52,857 nucleotides of DNA from an uncultured Akkermansia sp. (GCA_964580075.1 CAZOJL010000005.1:8013-60869); one strand, 5' to 3'. Counted from the first letter of the stretch, positions 9,329 through 16,812 are shown. Translations and numbers: made by a program. Notes: a model not told the origin generated them from the letters alone.

Positions 9329-11236
9329 TCATTCCTGTTTCCCATCCGGCCGCCGACCGGTGGCCCGACCGAACCCTGAACCCTCCGCTTGCACAAACCG
9401 CTTGCGTAACTTCGGAGTCGGCACGCGTACGTCAAACCAGGCGGTGACGGGCGCATCGAGGCCGATGCCGAGCATGTAGTTATACGTGGCCCGGTGCAAT
9501 CCCGCCCCCAACGCCGCATGATCCGGGGCGGCCGGCTCGTCGAATGCGATTTCGTTCCGCGCGAAAACCCGTCCGCTCAACTGAGGCGTATCGCGTAGCG
9601 TGAGACCGAACCGGGCCGCATCGCCGACCAACGGACTGTGGGCCGTGAGCGCAAATCGATGCCAGTAGGCCGACCCCAAAACGCCCCGGGCAAACAACTG
9701 ACGGACATACTCGAGCGCGTCGACCGTCTCGCGCGCGCTCTGCGTGGGAAAGCCGTACATCAGATAGGCGTGCGTCAGGATGCCGGCCGCCGCAAACGCG
9801 CCACAGGCGCGCGCAGCCCCTTCAAGCGTAATCCCCTTGTCCATCAGCGTCAGCAACCGGGCCTCGGCGCACTCCAGCCCGCCGGTCACCGCCACGCAGC
9901 CTGCTGCCGCGAGACGCGCCGCAAGGTCCGGTGTGAAGGCCGTCTCATAACGAACATTGCCCCACCAGCTCACCCCCAGCCCGCGCCGCAGGATCTCGTC
10001 CGCCAGTCGCCCCAGGAACGCCGGCGGAAGCGCCTCGTCGGTGAAATGAAACCCCGTGCGCCCGGTCGTTTCGCACAGCCGCTCCAGGTTGTCTACAACC
10101 GCCGCCGCAGACGGCTGCGCGTAGCGGCTGATCGCATCCAGCGCCAGATTACAGAAACGGCACCGGTGCCAGTAGCACCCGTGTGTCAACGGCATTTTAA
10201 CCCACGCCCCGTCACTCCAAATCCGGTGCATGGGGTTGGGTGATTCGACCACCGACGGGTACGAGCCAAAATCGACTCCCGCATAATCGGGACATCCCGG
10301 CGGGCTGCAGCGACCACCGCCCGGACCCGCCACGTAGACGACCCGCCCGGCGCGCCGGACAAACGTCCGCACCAAGTCCTGCCCTCGTGCGATCCGTTCC
10401 AACGGCTCTTCGCCATCATCGAGACACACATAATCAAAGAAGTCAAAGACATCCGGATCATCCAGATCCCGCAGTTCGGTGTTCACATACCCGCCGCCCA
10501 GCACAAGGGTGACGTCCGGACAGCGCTTGCGGATTTGCCGCGCAATCCGAAACGCGCCATAAACGGTGCCCGGGAAGGGCGCGGTCACGGCGACCACGCG
10601 CGGCGCGTGGCTTGCGAGTGTTTCATCGACCAGCGCGTCGATCATGCCGCCGATCAGCGACGTGTCGTCCGCCACGGCCCGGGCCAGCGGCTCGAATGTC
10701 GGCAGCGAGGCGGCGAGATGTTCCGCATACTTGGCGAACCCGAATTCGGGATCAATTCCGTCACGAATGGCATCGGCCACATCATCCAAATAGAGGCCTG
10801 CCAGAAACTTGGCCGCATCATCCCGTTCCGCGAGCATGCCTCGGGGGCATTCCTCGAGTCGATCCAGAATGGCGAAGCGCGGCCCCTCGGGGAGGAAGTT
10901 GCGGCTGGCGATCCGGATGGCCAGCGTACCGTCGCGCCCCTGAAGAAAACGAATCACCGGCTTGATCGTCGCGTGGTACTCGGCCGCGTGCCGAAGCAGG
11001 TGGGAAACGGAGGGCGTGGGCCGGCGCAGATGGCGCGCGCGGATCGCATTCGTCACCCGGAGAAGCCCCTCGGGGGCGAACACCCGCAACGCAAGCGCCA
11101 GTGACAGGTCGGTCTGCGCCGCCGCCACCCCCACGCGATTGAGATGGCCGCACAGGCACGCCGCCGCCGGATATGGCGCATTCATCTGCATCAGGGGCGG
11201 CGTGATTACGAGCACGTCACAGCCGCATCCGCGCAT
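9329..11236 (-). CDS. B12-binding-domain radical SAM protein
   Basis: HGCYWHRCRFC cluster motif, VLGGGY, FHFTDEA, GGLE, HAYLMYGFP. Start placed at 11236 because the longer ORF overlaps the tRNA and its promoter. Confidence 0.85.
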   Translation of the reverse strand: MRGCGCDVLVITPPLMQMNAPYPAAACLCGHLNRVGVAAAQTDLSLALALRVFAPEGLLRVTNAIRARHLRRPTPSVSHLLRHAAEYHATIKPVIRFLQGRDGTLAIRIASRNFLPEGPRFAILDRLEECPRGMLAERDDAAKFLAGLYLDDVADAIRDGIDPEFGFAKYAEHLAASLPTFEPLARAVADDTSLIGGMIDALVDETLASHAPRVVAVTAPFPGTVYGAFRIARQIRKRCPDVTLVLGGGYVNTELRDLDDPDVFDFFDYVCLDDGEEPLERIARGQDLVRTFVRRAGRVVYVAGPGGGRCSPPGCPDYAGVDFGSYPSVVESPNPMHRIWSDGAWVKMPLTHGCYWHRCRFCNLALDAISRYAQPSAAAVVDNLERLCETTGRTGFHFTDEALPPAFLGRLADEILRRGLGVSWWGNVRYETAFTPDLAARLAAAGCVAVTGGLECAEARLLTLMDKGITLEGAARACGAFAAAGILTHAYLMYGFPTQSARETVDALEYVRQLFARGVLGSAYWHRFALTAHSPLVGDAARFGLTLRDTPQLSGRVFARNEIAFDEPAAPDHAALGAGLHRATYNYMLGIGLDAPVTAWFDVRVPTPKLRKRFVQAEGSGFGRATGRRPDGKQE

Positions 11237-11264
11237 CTTTTTTTTCGACAACCGTTTCTTAGGG

Positions 11265-11293
11265 TTGACACGATCCATGCGCTTTGTCATTAT
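11265..11293 (+). promoter_or_regulatory. Sigma70-type promoter of tRNA-Tyr
   Basis: TTGACA (11265-11270), 17-bp spacer, TG-n-CATTAT extended -10, ending 17 nt before the tRNA. Confidence 0.7.
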
Positions 11294-11310
11294 ATGCGAA
11301 CTTTCCATGC

Positions 11311-11396
11311 GGTGGGGTACCGAAGTGGTCAACCGGGGCAGACTGTAAATCTGCTGGCTTATGCCTTCCTAGGTTCGAATCCTAGCCCCACCACCA
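11311..11396 (+). tRNA. tRNA-Tyr(GTA)
   Basis: Acceptor stem GGTGGGG/CCCCACC plus ACCA; anticodon arm GCAGA-CTGTAAA-TCTGC; long variable arm; T loop GGTTCGAATCC. Confidence 0.97.
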
Positions 11397-11401
11397 TCAA
11401 T

Positions 11402-11444
11402 AAAACCCTTGTAAAACATCGTTTTTACTGGGTTTTTTGTTTTT
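11402..11444 (+). terminator. Intrinsic terminator-like hairpin after tRNA-Tyr
   Basis: AAAACCC..GTAAAA / TTTTAC..GGGTTTT followed by a T-rich tract. Confidence 0.6.
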
Positions 11445-11653
11445 ACACCCCTTTTCGGGTGTTCCTAACTGTCCCGACGTGTTCTATTGAATACCTACCG
11501 AGGTACCCCGAGTTAAGCCAAGTGAATGCAGGGGCGTCATCGGGTAGAGTATCCAACCCCGCCCACCCGGTCAAGCCGCCGAAGCCGGGTGCCAGGTGCC
11601 GGGTGCGATCGCGGCGGTCGGGTCGCCCTCGCCGGGTGTCGGGCGGTCGGGTC

Positions 11654-11734
11654 GCCCTTTCGCTTCCCTTCGGCTTCTCCTACATCTGGCGTGGGGACGT
11701 GCACTCCACACGTTACGTGCCATGCCCGGCACAC
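11654..11734 (-). mobile_element. Group IIC intron 5' remnant (~80 nt of domain I)
   Basis: Minus strand begins GTGTGCCGGGCATGGCACGTAACGTGTGG...GAAGCCGAAGGGAAGCGAAAGGGC, matching the GUGYG start and 5' sequence of bacterial class C introns as recalled. Confidence 0.7.
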
Positions 11735-11925
11735 ACGTGTCAGTCACTTTGCTCCCGGCGCACGCCTGGCGGAAGGGCAGAAAATGGCTCGCGCTTGCCC
11801 AATCGTCCACCGTTCTCGTCGCCCGCTATCGTCAACCGACTCTTCCCCTTCCGGTGGACGATAACGGACGACGACTGCGGATCACGATTTCCTGCGGTCT
11901 TCCCTTTCTCTCTCCACCCGCCAAC
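11654..11925 (-). repeat. Module tail, copy B (~270 bp, homologous to 14175-14445)
   Basis: Direct repeat whose homology stops exactly at AAC (GTT on the minus strand) at 11923-11925. Confidence 0.9.
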
Positions 11926-11942
11926 GAATAGCGTTTATGTCA
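11921..11942 (-). other. Hybrid attC/attI-like recombination site ending cassette 1
   Basis: Minus strand reads TGACATAAACGCTATTCGTTGG. GACATAA complements the cassette start TTATGTC, and AAACGCTATTCGTT is identical to the end of the 85-bp attI-like repeats. Confidence 0.7.
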
Positions 11943-12956
11943 ATGTCTTGTGAGAGGCTTACTTGTTATCAGGCCGATACCTCTGCCCTTATCGCCCACC
12001 GCATTGTAGTACAGATAAAAGGTTTCATTCACGGCATTCCAAACCAGCGAGATCTTGTGGGCGAATTGTTTATCCAGCCCTGACGGATTACCTCCGGCTT
12101 GGTAGAGCGGTTCGGGGTCGACAGTCCAGTGGTACAGGTCTTGGGAGAACGCCACCATGATATGCGCTCCACCCCGGCCTACACCAAAATAGAACATGAC
12201 CCAATGATCGCCATCGCGGAAGACCTTGCCGTCCGAGACAAACTTCTCATCATAGCCCCCCGGGGTGACACGAATAACCGGGTTGTCATGATGGCGCTGC
12301 CAATCCAGCAGGTTGCCGGATACGGCCAACCCCATCTGCTCTATCCACTCGGGCATCTGCTTGGCATTATAGAAGTTGAAATACTTTCCTTCATATTCCA
12401 CAAGCCAGGGCTGGTAAATGCAGCCCTTTTCCCAATGGCCGACATCCCGTTCGTGTACCGAGAGAATGTACTGTCTCTTCGCACGGTGCCAGGTCAGCCC
12501 GTTCTCGCTACAGGCAACACCCTCATAGCCGGGATCGATTTCATAGCCGCCCTGTTTCGCATAGCACCCATATAGAGTCCAGAACTTGCCATCCTTCTGC
12601 TTCAGAACACGTGGCGCCTTGATATCGTATGATTCATAGAGGTAGGCGCCTATGACGCGACCACCAAAATCGAATTCACCCGCATGGCCGAACCCCATGG
12701 CCAGACGCATGTGGGTCCAGTTTACCAGGTCATCGCTTTTTGCGACAAACGACTGGTAGCCCTGTCCGTTGAAGCCGATAAAGGACATATACCAGTTCTC
12801 ATCCCCGGGTATCTGGTAGATCGTGGGGACATCTGTCGCGTTAACGTCATCATGTCCTTCGATTTCCGGTTTCGCAGGGATCACGTGATCGGGATGGTAA
12901 TACCAGCTCCGATACGGGGATGACCATTCTCTGATCTTGTCGCTGTCAATAGTCAC
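11940..12956 (-). CDS. Gene cassette 1: five-bladed beta-propeller glycoside hydrolase-like protein (GH43/GH130-like)
   Basis: Repeated blades (WYMSF..SDDLVNW, GVACSENGLTW, LAVSGNLLDW, AFSQDLYHW). GTG start at 12956 with AAGGAG RBS. Visibly lower GC than host genes. Confidence 0.7.
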   Translation of the reverse strand: MTIDSDKIREWSSPYRSWYYHPDHVIPAKPEIEGHDDVNATDVPTIYQIPGDENWYMSFIGFNGQGYQSFVAKSDDLVNWTHMRLAMGFGHAGEFDFGGRVIGAYLYESYDIKAPRVLKQKDGKFWTLYGCYAKQGGYEIDPGYEGVACSENGLTWHRAKRQYILSVHERDVGHWEKGCIYQPWLVEYEGKYFNFYNAKQMPEWIEQMGLAVSGNLLDWQRHHDNPVIRVTPGGYDEKFVSDGKVFRDGDHWVMFYFGVGRGGAHIMVAFSQDLYHWTVDPEPLYQAGGNPSGLDKQFAHKISLVWNAVNETFYLYYNAVGDKGRGIGLITSKPLTRH

Positions 12957-12982
12957 AGACTTCTCCTTCGATGAAAAATGAG

Positions 12983-13055
12983 ACATAAGGCAAAAAACGC
13001 TGCTCAAACCAGAGCGTAGCGGCGGTTTGAGCTAGTGTAAATTTTGTTGTTCTGT
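12983..13055 (-). other. attC site (degenerate) of cassette 2
   Basis: Inverse core TCACAGAAC is perfectly complementary to the cassette start GTTCTGTGA (13582-13590). Central stem GCTCAAACC/GGTTTGAGC. Core reads CTTATGT instead of GTTATGT. Confidence 0.75.
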
Positions 13056-13571
13056 GATCTCTTGTCTTCTCATCACCTTGGGCAGAAAGACGGCCAGCAG
13101 ACTACCCACAGTGAAGAAGATCAATCCAAATCCGGGCAGGAAGAATGATTGTCCCTTTATGCCGGGTTCAAGCAGGCATTCTTCTGGGTTGTCGAGCGCA
13201 TAGTGCACGGTCACGCTTTTATCTTTAGGGTAACTATTCACAACACGTCGTGCATGCGAAGGGTTGCCGGACCCATAATCTCCGTACGCGATACGATTGC
13301 CGCTGAAAGTCGTGTTGTTGACGCTGAAATCATACATGACTTCAGCGTGATATGTACCACTGCCCTCATCGCTATCATGATACTCTACCGAAGATGCCAC
13401 GACCTTGCCTTGAGTAGTGGGCCAATCCACACTGGCCTTAGCTCTGATGAGACTACGAATGCCGAAGAAGGCCACGCTGGCACCCACCACAACAAAGATG
13501 AGCGGAAATATGCGCGAGAAGAAGAATCGCATCCCAGGTGACATTTGCTTTGACGATGATGATATTCTCAT
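13032..13571 (-). CDS. Gene cassette 2: DUF3592-like membrane protein
   Basis: Pattern TM - WPTTQGKV - Y.F.V...F.G - V.V.Y..DNP..C.L - TM. ATG lies 19 nt after the GTT core; the stop falls inside the attC. Confidence 0.75.
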   Translation of the reverse strand: MRISSSSKQMSPGMRFFFSRIFPLIFVVVGASVAFFGIRSLIRAKASVDWPTTQGKVVASSVEYHDSDEGSGTYHAEVMYDFSVNNTTFSGNRIAYGDYGSGNPSHARRVVNSYPKDKSVTVHYALDNPEECLLEPGIKGQSFFLPGFGLIFFTVGSLLAVFLPKVMRRQEITEQQNLH

Positions 13572-13587
13572 TGTTATTCTTTCACAG

Positions 13588-13674
13588 AACGAATAGCGTT
13601 TTATCCCTCGCGCGGCAAGTATATGACGGTTGCTGTTTGCAAACAAGCGTGTTCTTGCCGCATGTGGGATAAAA
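13588..13674 (-). promoter_or_regulatory. attI-like site with embedded Pc-like promoter, copy B
   Basis: 85-bp repeat of 15117-15200 ending AAAACGCTATTC-GTT. TTGTTT-N17-TATACT points into the cassettes and is flanked by an 18/21 inverted repeat. Confidence 0.65.
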
Positions 13675-13845
13675 TGGTGTTGAACGGAGCCGGGGGTCCG
13701 GATGACGGGCTATGGGGTTTGAATCCCCTTCTGGTTATGGCGCGCCTGAACGAAGGGCGCCGGCTTGGCTTGGACTTGGGAATGCTCACAAGGCGGTCCC
13801 GATTGGCGCCGATTGGGCCGTGAGGTAAACGGAAGGCCCGTCTCA

Positions 13846-13982
13846 AATGGCTCTAAGTTAAGGGGCTATTGCCATCTTAATCGTAATCCTAATCTTGATC
13901 TTAATCGACTGGTGGAGACCGGATTACGATTACGATTAGGATTAGGATTATGATCGGAAGCATCGCTTAATTTAGCGCCATT
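13846..13982. mobile_element. 137-bp MITE with IS4-like ends, copy 1
   Basis: TIR AATGGCTCTAAGTTAAG / CTTAATTTAGCGCCATT. Flanking direct repeat AGGCCCGTCTC (13834-13844, 13984-13994). Internal (AATCNT)n/(GATTAN)n arms. Confidence 0.85.
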
Positions 13983-14009
13983 CAGGCCCGTCTCTTGTCG
14001 GACTGCGAG

Positions 14010-14255
14010 TGGAGAATGGAGGGCTTCGCGGTCACAGCCTGTCGCGTCGAAGCCATCGGCGAAGGCGGATGCCCGCTCGCCCCGCGTGTACCACACCGTG
14101 TATCCGGTTCTTGTTCATCGCCCCGTGCTTTCGCGTTGGGCTTCCTCCCCACCCCGCCTCACGACGACGCAGTTGCCCTTTCGCTTCCCTTCGGCTTCTC
14201 TTTCACCTGGCGCGGGGACTTGCACCCCACACGTTACGTGCCATGCCCGGCACAC
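14010..14255 (-). mobile_element. Group IIC intron 5' remnant (~245 nt of domain I; no RT ORF or domain V/VI seen)
   Basis: GTGTGCCGGGCATGGCACGTAACGTGTGGGGTGCAAGTCCCC...GGGCAACTGCGTCGTCGTGAGGCGGGGTGGGGAGGAAGCCC...GAACCGGATAC...GGGCGAGCGGGCA...CCGCGAAGCCC. Confidence 0.8.
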
Positions 14256-14445
14256 ACGTGTCAGTCACTTTGCGCCCGGCGCACGCCTGGCGGAAGGGAA
14301 GAACATGGCTCGCGCTTGCCCCACCGTCCATCGTAGTCGTCGCCGTCGTCGTCAACCGATGCTTCCGTTTCGCGGTGTACGACACCGGCGACGACTACGG
14401 ATCACGATTTCCTCCGGTCTTCCCTTTCTCTCTCCACCCGCCAAC
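14175..14445 (-). repeat. Module tail, copy A
   Basis: Homologous to 11654-11925. Contains a perfect 14-bp IR CGTAGTCGTCGCCG/CGGCGACGACTACG. Begins GTTGGCGG on the minus strand. Confidence 0.9.
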
Positions 14446-14503
14446 ATTCGGCCTCATGCTGAGCCGCGCTTTGCGGCGATAGCATGGAGGCCGTGGTTAT
14501 GAC
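14439..14503 (-). other. attC site of cassette 3 (~64 bp)
   Basis: GTCATAAC-cacggcctccatgct-atcgccgcaaagcgcggctc-agcatgaggccgaat-GTTGGCG. Stem has one extrahelical base. AGTCATAAC matches the complement of the cassette start GTTAGGACT at 8/9. Confidence 0.85.
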
Positions 14504-14526
14504 TTCCTATGATCTCCGTTACACAT

Positions 14527-15090
14527 CTAGCTTTCAAAATAGTGCTCAAACCTGTAGATACCCGTCGCTGGGTCATACGTGATGCTCATGTGAGCTACAC
14601 CAAAACAGAATATGCCCACGGTGTTCGCCTCCTTGCGGTACTGGTAGTCCTGGAAGTCCTTCTGCTTGGATGCGTTGAGACTCCACACCTGATCTAGCCA
14701 GTCGGCCGGGGATCGTGTGCCTGGCAACCGGAACTCAACAAAGAAATCCCCGGCCCAGTCGCCTTTATCGACCTTTGTCACCTCCGCTTCGGGCGGTAGT
14801 CTGATCAGGCGCCAGCCCTCTTCAACCGGGACAGGCCCACCGCTCTTTGCAAGCAGAGCCTTGCCCCCAAGAGTGCCAAGTCCAATGATCGCGACTGAGA
14901 GCGCAACGCCAAGTGAGAGCATTATCAGCGTCTTCTTGCCGCCGGTGAGTCTTCGCTCCTTTGGCGTTTTGCGGATAACGTAGACGAAAGGGATCAGAGC
15001 AAACGCAACCAGCACGGAGATGACAAAACTGCCAAAGACAGCAGCACACACGAACATCATGAAGAGAATCGCTATTCCCATACCCGTCAT
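14527..15090 (-). CDS. Gene cassette 3: hypothetical membrane protein (187 aa)
   Basis: Two hydrophobic N-terminal segments then a soluble domain. GGAG RBS. Bounded by a GTT core and an attC; lower GC. Confidence 0.7.
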   Translation of the reverse strand: MTGMGIAILFMMFVCAAVFGSFVISVLVAFALIPFVYVIRKTPKERRLTGGKKTLIMLSLGVALSVAIIGLGTLGGKALLAKSGGPVPVEEGWRLIRLPPEAEVTKVDKGDWAGDFFVEFRLPGTRSPADWLDQVWSLNASKQKDFQDYQYRKEANTVGIFCFGVAHMSITYDPATGIYRFEHYFES

Positions 15091-15116
15091 TCTCCGGCCC
15101 TTTCTTTCTCAGTCCT

Positions 15117-15200
15117 AACGAATAGCGTTTTTCCCTCGTGCGGTAAATATATGACGGTTTCTGTTTGCAAACAAGCGTGTTCTTGCCTCATGTGGGATAA
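15117..15200 (-). promoter_or_regulatory. attI-like site with embedded Pc-like promoter, copy A
   Basis: Differs from 13588-13672 by 5 substitutions and 1 indel. TTGTTT-N17-TATATT; ends AAAAACGCTATTC-GTTAGGAC. Confidence 0.65.
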
Positions 15201-15279
15201 TGCGAGGGCATTGAGAGAGCCATGAGGGAGCGAGTAAGCAGGTGGAGTAAGTGTGCCGTATAAGATAGGGTTTAACGGT

Positions 15280-15416
15280 GTTGGACGTTGGGCGTTGGAC
15301 GTTGGGCGTTTTCCACCGTTCTCTGACTCCTGAGTGCGGTGTCGCGAAGCCCTTCGTTCCGGCGGCAGCGTCTTGGAGTGCGGCGGCAAGCGGTATTCCG
15401 CGCGACACCGCTTTTC
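15280..15416. repeat. Heptamer tandem (TTGGRCG)n plus REP-like half-site TTGGAGTGCGGCGGCAAGCG...GCGCGACACCGCTTTT
   Basis: Read directly. Related fragments at ~41459-41490 (inverted) and ~41712-41748. Confidence 0.5.
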
Positions 15417-15684
15417 CCGGCTTCGCCACGAATGCAGACCCCTCGCAACGGCGTCGAGAGCCAGAATAGGCAAAAGTGCCTGAATAGTAGATGTGTTTGC
15501 CCCGGCATGAGCCGGGAGCCGTCGACGAGTCGGATCGGCGAGGGTTGGGGGATTAAGATTACGATTGGTTGCCCCAACAACAAAATCAGCGGCGCGGTAT
15601 TCCGCGCACGCTGATTTTGTCTGGTTTGCACACGTCTGTGCTCATGTCAACTTCGGTCTTCTCTCGTGTCCCCGCTGACGTTCT

Positions 15685-16812
15685 TTACGAGTCGATTCCC
15701 TCATTGAAATAGACGAACAAGCCGTCTTTTCCGGGGGCGATGAAGTCGAGGCGGCCGGTGCCGCGCAGATCGGCGAGCGCAAAGTGGATGCCACACCCCT
15801 TGCCGGTGCCAATCGGTCCGTAATCAATTACCTGCTTGGCGAAGCCCTCCCCGGTCCACTTGAAGTAGTAGATTCCCAGATCATCCCACTCCCCCGCCTC
15901 ATGGCCGTTATGCGCGCGATGCCGTTTGCCGGTCACCAGTTCCGGTTTGCCGTCGCCGTCCAGGTCCGCCCAGATCAGGTCATGATACTGCGCATTGAAT
16001 GGATCGATCGGATGGTGCGCCCAGGCTCCGTCGGCCAGCCGCTTGCTCCACCAGAGACCGTATCCATGCGCATTTCCGGTGACGATCTCGTTCTTCCCGT
16101 CGCCATCCACATCCACCACGAGCATGGGGACACTGGAAGCCCCCCCCCACGGCGGTTTCGGGAAATCGGGATGCCACTTCCATGTCCCCTTCTCGGGATC
16201 GGCGGGAGCTTCAAGCCAGCCGGTGCAAAGCACGATGTCCATGCGCCCGTTGCCCGCAATATCGCCGCAGCCCAGGCCATGCCCCTGCCCGCCCTCCGCG
16301 AACGTATGAACCGTGACCTTGCGGAACGCGCCGGCCCCCTTCCCGTTCTTGTCTGTGATCAGCTTGTAGTAGGAAACGTCCTTGTTCGGCGGGGTGTTGG
16401 GGAGGATCTCGATGATCCCGTCGCCGTCAATATCCCACCCCCGCGTGGTTTCGACGTTTCCTGTGTTCTCGGCCACGATATGCTCGGGCCAATGCTTCCC
16501 CGTCTCACCGGGATTTTCGCGCCAGCGCAGGTTGTTGCCCCACCAGCCGCCGGTCACATAGTCCAGCCGCCCGTTTCCGTTGATATCGAGCGCGATGGTC
16601 GAGAAGTCGTCGTAATACTCCCCGCAACGCGGAATCACGCCGATTTCATGCTTCTTGCGGAAGTCGGGTCCCTCGTACCAGTACCCGCCGCACACGATGT
16701 CCGGTTTGCCGTCGCCGTTGACGTCGAACACGCCGGCCGATTCAAACGTTTCATCCGATATCCACACTTTTCTCCACTTGAGAGGCATGGTGATGCTCCT
16801 TTGTTCAGACAT
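15685..16812 (-). CDS. FG-GAP/VCBS repeat beta-propeller protein
   Basis: Repeated DxNGDGxxD motifs (DVNGDGKPD, DINGNGRLD, DIDGDGIIE, DVDGDGKNE, DLDGDGKPE). ATG overlaps the upstream stop (TAATG). Confidence 0.85.
   Translation of the reverse strand: MSEQRSITMPLKWRKVWISDETFESAGVFDVNGDGKPDIVCGGYWYEGPDFRKKHEIGVIPRCGEYYDDFSTIALDINGNGRLDYVTGGWWGNNLRWRENPGETGKHWPEHIVAENTGNVETTRGWDIDGDGIIEILPNTPPNKDVSYYKLITDKNGKGAGAFRKVTVHTFAEGGQGHGLGCGDIAGNGRMDIVLCTGWLEAPADPEKGTWKWHPDFPKPPWGGASSVPMLVVDVDGDGKNEIVTGNAHGYGLWWSKRLADGAWAHHPIDPFNAQYHDLIWADLDGDGKPELVTGKRHRAHNGHEAGEWDDLGIYYFKWTGEGFAKQVIDYGPIGTGKGCGIHFALADLRGTGRLDFIAPGKDGLFVYFNEGIDS

Noticed and set aside
11237-11332. N-terminal extension of the radical SAM ORF
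   Set aside because: It overlaps tRNA-Tyr and its promoter.
11375-11396. attL/attR duplication of the tRNA-Tyr 3' end delimiting a prophage or island
   Set aside because: No second copy was seen by eye in the window, and there are no phage genes.
12957-13646. Longer starts for cassette ORFs (13007 and 13646)
   Set aside because: They run through the attC or attI-like sites; internal starts at 12956 (with RBS) and 13571 fit the cassette boundaries.
11400-15650. Integron integrase, intron reverse transcriptase or transposase gene
   Set aside because: No ORF shows tyrosine recombinase (R-H-x-x-R-Y), RT (YADD) or DDE motifs. ORFs such as 11144-11953, 14009-14482 and 15087-15473 are translations of repeats.
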